From Thecamonas trahens ATCC 50062 (Eukaryota; Protista; Apusomonadida), in NCBI RefSeq assembly GCF_000142905.1, contig NW_013657678.1, positions 62,001 to 126,000 on the forward strand: DNA of 64,000 bases, written 5' to 3'. The notes beneath the pieces were generated by a model that saw nothing but the letters and a program-made list of their open reading frames with translations, was not told the DNA's origin and ran no database searches. The translations under genes and the position numbers were made by a program. Positions 1-9,113 of the stretch are shown one piece after another. How positions within the stretch are numbered: position 1 is the stretch's first letter; the number at the start of each line of letters is the position of its first letter.

Positions 1-811
1 TGGGCCCGCGCCTCCAGCTCCGCCAGCGCTGCCAGCTTGGCGTCGCGCTTCTCCTCAAACGTGCGAATCTGGACCGCGAGCAGCGCACGCTGCTCGCCCA
101 TATGGGCGTTGAGGATCTGCAGCTTGCGGGCAGCCCGCTCGATGGCGCGGCGGGTGGTCGGGTCAGGCGAGCCGCGGCTAGCGCCGGTTCCTCTAGCCCC
201 GCCGTCGCCTCGCTCGAGCTGTTGCGAGCGGGCGAGCTCAAAGTCAAACTCGGACTGCGAGAACGAGAGCGATACCGCGAGTGCTGGGCGTGGCTGTGGC
301 GGCGCGGCGGGCGCGTCACCCGACTGTGCCGCGAGCATCTTGTAGAACGTACCCGAGTACTCTTCAAACTGGGCAACCTGCATGCGGAAGAGCTCGCGCT
401 CGCGCTTAAACTTGGCGCGCGACTTGGCATACTTGCGGATGCGGGCTTCGACCCGGGCCTCGCGGTCTGCCAAGGCGGCTTCGCGCTTGCGGACGACGGC
501 AAGCTTGCGCTTGAGAAACGCGCGCGCACGGGCCTCGCGATCGAGTAGGTCCTGCTCGAGCTTGGCATACACCGCCAGAGCCTCGAGCGCGTCCGAGCGC
601 GATGTACCAGTCTCTGAGCTCGAGTCGTCGGCCATGGCTGCCAGCGCAGTGCTGTCACTCTCGTCGTGCTCGTCGTTGAGGATGGCGTGCAGCTCGGCGT
701 CCGACTCGGACGAACCGTCGTCCTCAACGCTCACGACAGCCGATGAAGCGAGGGAGGAGGCGGAGACAAGGCGAATGTCGGGTAGTTGCGGTGACGAGAG
801 TGAGGGGGGGG
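1..811 (-). CDS. Coiled-coil protein, 3' part running off the window start; probably the C-terminal half of the Pro-rich gene at 1008-2009
   Basis: Open minus frame (not in the ORF track) reads ...SLSSPQLPDIRLVSASS...LEQDLLDREARARAFLKRKLAVVRKREAALADREARVEARIRK...FEEKRDAKLAALAELEARA with no stop to position 1. Confidence 0.6.
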
Positions 812-1007
812 CGAGGGCGAGGATGCGGGTGATGGTGATGGTGATGACAGTGGCGGAGTGGGGCACGCGGTGGCGGTGACAGCGAACGAAGAACAGCGGT
901 ATCCATCGAGCCAGGAGTAGATGGCGAACAAGGAGAGGCTGGTGAGCATGGAGAGCGGGGCGAGTGTGGGCGTGGCATGTGCGGCGAGTCGCGGTGCGGC
1001 GAGTGGG

Positions 1008-2009
1008 TCACGGTGGTGATGACGGACTCGTCACCAGACGACTCCTCGTTGTCGGAAGGAAGGAAAGTTGTTCAGAGTGTGGCGACGCCTGTGAGATGGG
1101 CGACCTGGTGACAGCAGTGATGACCTCGGAGCTCGAGTCCGAGTCCGACGCCGACGCGAGATCGGAGAGCGGAACAGTCGCGTTCTCGCGTGAGGTCTCG
1201 ACGGTTAGAGATAGCTTGTAACCGTCGCGCTTGGTCTCGGGATCCCTGTTATCATCAGCGACCGATGGTGGCGGCTTGAATGTAGGCGAGGCTCTGGGCG
1301 GTGGTGGGGTTGGCGCCGAGTCTGTCGGTGGAAGATTGGGAGGTGGCGGCTTGGATGCGGGCGAGGCTCTAGGCGGTGGTGGGGTTGGCGCCGAGCCTGT
1401 CGGTGGAAGATTGGGAGGCGGCGGCTTGGATGCGGGCGAGGCTCTCGGCGGCGATGGCTTCGGCTTGTCACCCGATGGCGGCGGGGGATTGGGTGGCGGC
1501 GGCTTCGGCTTGTCATCCGATGGCGGCGGGAGATTGGGTGGCGGCGGCTTGGAGGCGGGCGAGGCTCTCGGCGGTGGTGGCTTCGGCTTGTCATCCGATG
1601 GCGGCGGGAGATTGGGTGGCGGCGGCTTGGAGGCGGGCGAGGCTCTCGGCGGTGGTGGCTTCGGCTTGTCATCCGATGGCGGCGGGAGATTGGGTGGCGG
1701 CGGCTTGGATGCGGGCGAGGCTCTCGGCGGCGGTGGCTTCGGCTTGTCATCCGATGGCGGCGGGAGATTGGGCGGCGGCGGCTTGGATGCGGGCGAGGCT
1801 CTGGGTGGCGGCGGGGTAGGTGTAGAGGCCACGGGCGGTGGCGGGAGATTGGGCGGGGGAGGCTTCTGTCTTGTGGACGGCGGCGGAGGGAGGTTGGGCG
1901 GCGGCGGTTTGACGAGTGACGACGGCGGCGGAGGGGGAGGCAGGGACGACTGGGCAGGCGAGGCCAGAGGAGGTGGAGGCTGCAAGGGTGGGGGTGGACG
2001 TCCTGCCAT
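1008..2009 (-). CDS. Proline-rich repeat protein (N-terminal part)
   Basis: ATG at 2009 (MAGRPPPP) after a C-rich tract; PPPNLPPPSDDKPKPPPPRASPASKP repeats. Confidence 0.6.
   Translation of the reverse strand: MAGRPPPPLQPPPPLASPAQSSLPPPPPPSSLVKPPPPNLPPPPSTRQKPPPPNLPPPPVASTPTPPPPRASPASKPPPPNLPPPSDDKPKPPPPRASPASKPPPPNLPPPSDDKPKPPPPRASPASKPPPPNLPPPSDDKPKPPPPRASPASKPPPPNLPPPSDDKPKPPPPNPPPPSGDKPKPSPPRASPASKPPPPNLPPTGSAPTPPPPRASPASKPPPPNLPPTDSAPTPPPPRASPTFKPPPSVADDNRDPETKRDGYKLSLTVETSRENATVPLSDLASASDSDSSSEVITAVTRSPISQASPHSEQLSFLPTTRSRLVTSPSSPP
1285..1860 (-). repeat. Coding tandem repeat, 78-bp (26-aa) core unit, about 7 full or degenerate copies
   Basis: Repeated ggcgaggctctcggcggtggtggcttcggcttgtcatccgatggcggcgggagattgggtggcggcggcttgga. 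Confidence 0.9.
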
Positions 2010-2329
2010 GGCAGGGAGAGTGTGAAAGGGAGTGTGGTGGAAGGGGGTGGGGGGGGGGCGGCGTGGCGTGAGGTGGTGCGCCACCAATGCCTGTCGTCGT
2101 CGTAGTCCGTACGTGACCGCCCCCAGCTGACGTGGGAGTGACCGACATGCATGACGGGGCGATGGCTCACGGGAAAGGCACAGAAACTGCATGTGGGCCA
2201 CCAACCACCGCCATCGCCATCGCTATCACCATATCCTTATCACATCTTAAGCCATCCAAATACGCCTTGTCTTTCCCTCGGATCCTCCATGAGATTCAGC
2301 CACAAAAGCCATCATGGCTGATCTTGAGA

Positions 2330-2352
2330 CACACACACACACATACACACAC

Positions 2353-2383
<31 letters not shown>

Positions 2384-2412
2384 CATACGCATATATATAT
2401 ATATATACATAC
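2330..2412 (+). repeat. Compound microsatellite (CA)n/(TACA)n/(TA)n
   Basis: Directly visible. Confidence 0.95.
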
Positions 2413-2503
2413 GCATGGCCTGCCCGACTCCATCCCAATCGTCCGATCCCATACACCCCCCTGGATCGGCCCTCGCCCGAGTCTGTGGCCACACTTCTCC
2501 ATC

Positions 2504-3543
2504 ATGGACAGGCTCAATCCCCTGGCCAAGACGTGGGGCATGGCAGCAGTGGCAGCCGCCACCACTGGCTACTGCTTGCATGCCTTTGTCACAGCATGCG
2601 CTACATACAGCAATGCCAAGGGTGTGGGTGAGGCCGTGAACAAGACCATGACCTTTGACTCGGCTGACCATGCTCTGGCTTGGGCAAGTCATCCGTCCAT
2701 CCAAGAGAGCCTGCCCAGACTGGTTATTGTTCGTGACTCCTTCAAGCGGTCCGATCTTGCTCCTCTTCCTGCTCGGGATATGGATGATGTCCGTGCTGCA
2801 GCGAGCATGATGGCCGACGCGGAGCTGGCCTACGATCCGAACTCGCTCACGCCTGATCACCTCGTCAATGGCCTCGACTACAAGGAGCTCGTCAACTCGG
2901 GCCGGAAGCCGGTCATCTCTCGCACCGATCAGCGTCTGATCAATATCGTGGACGGAAGCTCTCTCACGCTCAAGATGGATCTCGATGTCACCAACCTCGC
3001 CCTCGGTCCGCTGCCCATCCGCGGCATCTCGGTCCTCGACTCGGAGGCCTTGCTCAACGCCGCCACTCCCGTCTGGGTCTACTGCAACCAGTCGCAGCGG
3101 ATCATGCTTGACGTCCCGCACGTCGTCGGCCTCTCCAAGAGCTGCTTCTTTGACGATGACGTAGTCTCGCTTGTTGCAGTCCTCGGCCCCGCGGCCGGCT
3201 CCGCAGCAAGCTGGTTGAGTTCCAGCGGGCGCTCCGTGCTAGCATCAGCGCAAGTCGGCGTGGCGCCTGGTTCTCGCCGTTCATCACCGATCCTACCGAT
3301 CCGCTTGGCCCTGTGGTGATCGCCGATGACGACGACGACGAGCTCATCCTCGTCCCACCGTCAATCGTCCTCGGCACAGACGTCAGCTTTGCTTTCACCA
3401 AGTCCCCGGCCATTCCCGAGTGTATTGCCGTCAACTGGGCCGACGTCGCCTCGCACAATATGGCTACCTGCCTCAACGCTACCATCGCCGTGCTCCTCGC
3501 CTCGGTCCTTGCTGGCCTGTCGGTTGCCCGTGCCATGGGCTAG
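2504..3543 (+). CDS. Hypothetical membrane protein with hydrophobic N- and C-terminal segments; frame switch near 3187-3190
   Basis: ATG 2504 MDRLNPLAKTWGMAAV...; coding-like sequence continues in another frame (RGRLRSKLVEFQRALRAS...VIADDDDDELILV...ARAMG*). Confidence 0.6.
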
Positions 3544-3609
3544 CACGCCACTCACTTACCACTTGTCTTTCGCATCGACACCGCGTCTCTAACCCTCCAT
3601 CCACCCCAC

Positions 3610-4334
3610 ATGCCGCGCGCACTCTGCCCGCACTGCGGCGCGTCCGCCTTTATTGCTGCCGACGACCTCGCGCCCGAAGTCTCCATGGCCTCCACCGACC
3701 TCGGCTCGGCCGCCTGGTCGGTCCTGGTCTCGACCGACTCGGTCAGCTTCCGTCTAGCGCTCTCTTCGGCCTCGGCATCGCGGCTCTCGCTGCTCTCACT
3801 CTCACCGCCAACAACCATTGAAGCTCTTCTCCGCTCACTCCGTCCTCTGCACACCCACCACCGTGCGCAAGTTGAGCATCCGTCTCATCTGTCACTCACC
3901 GCAGACGAATTGTCGCCGCCGTCCTCGCCGCCCACGTCGGGCCCGTCACTCATCCCGGTGCTCGACCACCTTGAGACTCGGATTGATGCCCTCACTGCCC
4001 TCTGGTCCGCCTTTGCCTCTGACATCCATGTCCTCATCGACCTCCTTCGCGACCGTCCCTCCGAGGCCGACTCGGTCCTCGACTCGGATGCGACCGCCAA
4101 AGAGCACCCGATGCCGCTGCCTCCGTCTCCGCCGTCGCCATCACCCCGCCCGGTGTACCCGCATCTCCCTTGGCTTTGCCCCAGTCCGCCGTACACTCCC
4201 TATCCACCGAGCCGCTGGCCGGGGCCCTGCGCCGCGCTCTGGCTCCCTCTCGCCGCGCCGCCAATCCAGAACGCGAGAAGGGGCTGGAAGCCATGCAGAT
4301 GGCCGTGCGCATGAAAATCCGCAAGTACACTTGA
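3610..4334 (+). CDS. Hypothetical protein with N-terminal CxxC; probable frame switch near 4144-4151
   Basis: MPRALCPHCG...; the alternative frame after CCCC reads PGVPASPLALPQ...EREKGLEAMQMAVRMKIRKYT* (TGA 4332-4334). Confidence 0.5.
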
Positions 4335-4519
4335 CAGAGCCTAGAAAGTGGATAGATCTGCGATGCTATCGTCTTGATCGCACCCAACCCAGCAATGCCC
4401 GCGCCGTAGTAGCCGCCCGCCTCCCCGACCGCCGCCGGCTTGCCTCCCCCCCCCCCCCCCCCCCCCCGGCCCCACCACCCCCACCACTCCACCCCACTCA
4501 ACCTCCGTCACGAAAGACA

Positions 4520-5224
4520 ATGAGTGCGTGGGCACTGCAAGTCGATGAGCGGGCGACCGAGTGGGCGACTGCGCGTGGCGAGCTCGAGTCTGCAGGGCCG
4601 GCCGTGTTTGAGGCGGCGGTGCGGGCGGCGGCGGCGGCGGGCTTCACCACCCATGTGGTGGACGTGACAAAGCAGAAGCTGGTGACCATCAAAGCAGCCG
4701 GAGAGGACGAAGACTACACCATGCCCGATCCGCGCTTCGATGGCGTCTCGCATCTCTCGCTGGCGGCAAACTTTATCTCGTCCATCGATAGCAACGCTTT
4801 GGCTGTCTTTGGCTCGCTCACCACGCTGGATCTAGCGGCAAACTCGCTGGAGGAGATCCCGATGCTGAGCGGACTCTCGCTGCTCACGACACTTAATCTC
4901 TCGTGCAATCGTCTTGGTCCGTGGCTGGCGGCAGAGGCCGAGATGGCCGCAGAGCGGCTGCGGGCGCTACCGGCGCTGGCCACGCTCTCGTTCCGCCAGT
5001 GCTCGCTGACCGAGCTGCCGACGCCCGTGCTGAGCGGATGCGGCAGCCTCACCTCGCTCTCGCTGGTGTGCAACAACATTGCGGCAGTGCCTGTGCTTCC
5101 AGACTCGGTTGCTGCCACGCTTCTCACGTTTCTTGCTGCGTACAACCCGTTTGCCAGCGAGCCGGGCGCGGCGGACGCGCTCACCGCCGCACTGCCGCGC
5201 TGTACACAGCTCCGCATCGCGTAG
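4520..5224 (+). CDS. Leucine-rich repeat protein
   Basis: LxxLxLxxN repeats (HLSLAANFI, TLDLAANSL, TLNLSCNRL, SLSLVCNNI). Confidence 0.85.
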   Translation: MSAWALQVDERATEWATARGELESAGPAVFEAAVRAAAAAGFTTHVVDVTKQKLVTIKAAGEDEDYTMPDPRFDGVSHLSLAANFISSIDSNALAVFGSLTTLDLAANSLEEIPMLSGLSLLTTLNLSCNRLGPWLAAEAEMAAERLRALPALATLSFRQCSLTELPTPVLSGCGSLTSLSLVCNNIAAVPVLPDSVAATLLTFLAAYNPFASEPGAADALTAALPRCTQLRIA

Positions 5225-5237
5225 GGGACAGAGCATG

Positions 5238-5961
5238 TTAACCCTTAACAGTACGGTCGTTCGGATGCGTTGTCGCGCGTCTCAAAGTGAACAACTCGAT
5301 GATGCTTGACTTCCCGGTGGAGGCATGCCTGCACGTGATGGCAGCCGACACGTTGACGCCCGCCTGAAGAATGCCCGAGTTGCCGTCGCAGTGACGGGCG
5401 CCTGGAAGCATGGGCGAGGCGCACGAGGTGCCATACGGCGCCGATCTGGAGGAGCGGTGGGCGCGGATGGTGCGGAGCTTGTCGTTGACGACCCCGAGGA
5501 CCGGGAAGGAGAGCATGTCAGAGTTGAACACAGTGGCCGGACGGGAAAGGGGGAGGTTTTGCGACGGACGAGCTTACCCGTCGGCGTGGCCGCGCAAGTG
5601 GTGGCACGCCATCCTTGTACTGGATTCTGCATCCCGGGGGGGGCGCAACAGAAAACAGTCGGCGATGCAGAGATGGACGCCGCACGTGTCGCAAAAGGTC
5701 CGCGGCCGCAATCGCTTACCATGAAGCTTCCGGCAGGCGAGGCAGTCGCGTCGTACGACGGCTTGCTGGGGAAAGCGGTGATGACGAGCAGCCGCTGCAA
5801 AGGGACGCTTCCGCTTGCGCGTCGGCGCTGGCCACAGCAGCCAATAACACATTGTACTACTCTTTTACCGCGATTAATGGACGTTGCGACGTCTGTGGAG
5901 CGTCGCGGAGCGCGGCTTGCGCGATGGACATCTCTGTCCATTCCGTACCGTAAAGGATTAA
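5238..5961 (+). mobile_element. Non-autonomous piggyBac-family element (about 716 bp) with TTAA target-site duplication
   Basis: TTAA at 5238-5241 and 5958-5961; imperfect TIRs CCCTTAACAGTACGG / CCGTACCGTAAAGGA (12/15 match); transposase remnants inside; related copy at about 15320-15775. Confidence 0.85.
5590..5832. pseudogene. piggyBac transposase fragments: RKWWHAI(L)YWIL on +, C-terminal Cys-rich domain on -
   Basis: Minus strand RRDCLACRKLHGKRLRPRTFCDTCGVHLCIADCF matches the piggyBac/PGBD C-terminal RxCxxC...CxxCxxxLCxxxCF pattern. Confidence 0.75.
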
Positions 5962-8256
5962 AGATCCTCGTGGGCAGCCTCGTCAGCGACAATGTCCTCC
6001 TCGACGTCGGCGTCGGCGTCGGCGTCGGCCTCGGGCTCGGGCGGCGGGGTCAGGTCCTCAAACTCGATCTCGGCATCGGGGTCGACGCCAAGGTTGGACG
6101 AGAGGTGGTTGAGGACGTGGTTGACAAAGAAGGCCGGCTCCTCGAGGCCAAAGCCGGACGACATGGCGCCCGAGCCGTAGAGAACCTCGGCGGCGGCGAC
6201 GAGCTCGGGGTCCTCCTCGTCAGCGTCGACCCGAGCGGCGAGCTCCTTGATGAGCGGGTGGAACGGGTTGATCTGCATGATGGGCTTGGCGTGGAGGAGG
6301 TACTCCTGCGAGTTCTCGCCGGCAGTGGCCTGCGACTTGATGATGCGGCGCATGGTCGGCGAGACGCCCCACGAGGAGGCGGCGAGGGTGACCGGCGACG
6401 AGACAAGCTGCTGCGAGAGCTCGGCCTTCTCGATGCGGTCGGCGAGGGTGACCTTAAGCCAGGTGGTGAGCGGCTTGAACGAGTCCTTGAGCTCGTCCCA
6501 GCGGGCCTCGTCGGTAGGGAGCTCGAGGTCGTCCTTGGCGACATTGGTCAGCTTGTTGCCGTCAAACTCGGGCAGCGACGAGAGGGCGTACTCGTCGACC
6601 GGGTCGAGCAGGTAGAGAACCTCGTAGCCGCGGCGGGTGAGGAGCTCCAGGTAGGGCGACTCCTCGATCTGCTCGACCGAGTCGCCGGAGAGGTAGTAGA
6701 TGCGGTCCTGGCCGTCGCGCATGCGCTCGACGTAGTCCTCAAGCGAGGTGAGCTTGCCCTCGGACGACGACGAGATGAAGCGGAGGAGCTTGGCGAGCTT
6801 GGTCCGGTTGGCGGTGTCCTCAAGGAGGCCGAGCTTCATGGCCGTGCCGTACTGCTCCCAGAACTTCTCAAAGACCTCGGGCTTGTCCTCGTCACGCGCC
6901 AGCTTGCGGATCGAGTCCAGCACGCGGCGAATCATCTTCTTGCGGATAGAGCGGACCATCTTGGACTGCTGCAGCTGCTCGCGCGAGACGTTGAGCGGGA
7001 GCGAGTCCGAGTCGACCACGCCACGGACAAAGCCGAGGTAGTTGGGCAGGACGTCAAAGTCCGAGGTGATGAAGACCCGGCGGACGTAGAGCTTGATGTT
7101 GTGGCGCGAGGCCGAGACCCGCGAGAAGAGGTCGGCCGGAGCCTTCTTGGGCACAAACAGGAGCGCGGTCACATCGACCTCGCCCTCGCCCCGAAAGTGG
7201 ACATACGTCAGCGGGTCCTCGGTGTCGCCAGTCAGCGCCTTGTAAAAGTCGTTGTACTCCTCCTCGGTGATCTCGTCCTTCGACCGCTTCCAGATCGGCT
7301 TCTGGTTGTTGATCAGCTCCCACTCGTACACGGTCCGGGTCTCGGTCCGGGTCTCCGGCTCGGCAACATCGTCGTCCTCGCCCTCGACCACGTCGCCGTC
7401 GGCGTCATCGATCGGCTCGTCGGCCTCCTCGGTCACCTCGTACTCCTCCTCGTGGGCGGCCCAGAGGTAGATCGGGTAGTCGATAAACTCAGAATACTTC
7501 TTGGTCAGGCGGCGGAGCCCGTCCTCGTCGAGGAACTCGAGCGCGTCCTCCTTGAGCTCGAGCACAATCTCGGTTCCGCGCCCGAGCGTGTTGCCGCGCA
7601 CATCCTTGGTCACCGAGTACGTCGACGACGCGTCCGACACCCACACGTGCTGGTCGTCGTCGTTGTTCTTCGAGATCACCGTCACGGTGTCGGCCACAAG
7701 GTACGAGGCGTAGAAGCCAACGCCAAACTGGCCAATCAGGTCCGAGTCGTCCTGTGCAAGCGCGTCGGCAAACTGCTTAGTCCCCGACGACGCGATCGAG
7801 CCGAGCTTGTCCATCAAATCAGCCTTGGTCATGCCGATACCGGTGTCCGAAATCGTGAGCGTGTTCGCCTCCGGGTCCGCCTTGATGCGGATCTCCAGGT
7901 TCGGCGTGTCGCCGAGAATCTCCGGCTCGGTCAGCGAGAGGACGCGGACCTTGGAGAGCGCGTCGGACGCGTTTGAGATGAGCTCGCGAAGGAAAATCTC
8001 CTTGTTCGAGTACAGCGAGTTGATGATGAGGCCCATGACCCGCGAGACGTCCGCCTGGAACGCCTTTGACTCCATGTTGGCCTCCATCGCCGCCCGCTCC
8101 TCTTCAGAAAACAGCGTGTGAATGGCAGTGCCCGAGGCGTGAGCGTTGAGCTCCGTCGCCGACTCATCAGCCACCACCGTCGTCATGCACACCAGCGGCA
8201 CCAGCGCCAGCGTGGCAAACACAGCCAATCCCAGGCTCAGAAACCGCAGCTTGGCC

Positions 8257-8258
<2 letters not shown>
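5958..8258 (-). CDS. HSP90B1: Endoplasmin / GRP94 (ER Hsp90)
   Basis: Signal peptide; YSNKEIFLRELISNASDAL, IGQFGVGFYASYLVA and GVVDSDSLPLNVSRE motifs; C-terminal HEDL retention signal. Confidence 0.97.
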
Positions 8259-8260
<2 letters not shown>

Positions 8261-8331
<71 letters not shown>

Positions 8332-8348
8332 TGTGTGTGTGTGCGTGT
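8261..8348 (-). repeat. (CA)n microsatellite abutting the GRP94 start codon
   Basis: About 40 GT units on +; sense strand reads (AC)n-ATAG-ATG. Confidence 0.95.
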
Positions 8349-9113
8349 GAGTTCCCACTTCCCCTCTCTTTCTGCTCGCTCAGGCAGCCTATGACCAGCC
8401 TGTCACTGACGTCAGAAACGGTGCAAGTCTTCATGAAGGTGTCGATCCCCCCCCTCCCTCCGCCCTTGTCCTCGCTCCGCCTGCTACATACTCGCACACT
8501 CATGCAGAGGATTCTCCTCAGCCCATGACCAGGAACACTCTGCATGGTGTCGGTGTCTCCAAGGTCATGGGCGAGGTAAAAGAGAAGGAGGATGGAGTGT
8601 AGAGCCTGTAGCCATGACTTTGGGAGCCGTACCGTTGCGTGAAAGAAATGTTGTGAGGTGTGGGGTGAGCTGAGGCGAACAGTGAAGAATGAAACGTCGG
8701 TGGAACAAGCGGGCGGACCCCGGAGGAAGGGGAGTGGGGGCATGTTTTACTGATGTCACAGGGTGGCATTGTTGGGTGGCAATGTGAATGTGATCTAGGC
8801 CCACGGTGCTTATGATTGGCCGTAGCTGGGGTGAGGCAAGGAGGGGGGGGGGGGAGGGGGGGATCTGTATCTCGATGGCGAGTCGCCTGACGGATTGAGC
8901 GTGAGCCCTTGCCTGAGGCACGGACGACGATTACGAGAGGAGGAGGGACCTGGTCGGCTGCTGGGCGGAATGACAGAGTATGGATCCTTTGCATGCGTTT
9001 GATCGGTGGCCGGAAGCAAAGGGGGGGGGGGGTGCTGAGTAAGTGGTATATCATTTGTTCGATGGTGGCGGTGGCGGCTGTCACTTGGCGCCAACAGGGG
9101 GACGTGCGCCGGG

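Noticed and set aside
1231-2025. Gly-rich plus-strand ORF resembling a structural protein
   Set aside because: Mirror of the minus-strand Pro-rich gene, which has the ATG and C-rich leader.
5325-7976. 883-aa plus-strand ORF
   Set aside because: Antisense shadow of GRP94 caused by GC-rich codon bias; it has no independent motifs.
8118-8528. CVCVCV/HTHTHT ORFs here and at other CA repeats
   Set aside because: Translations of microsatellites.
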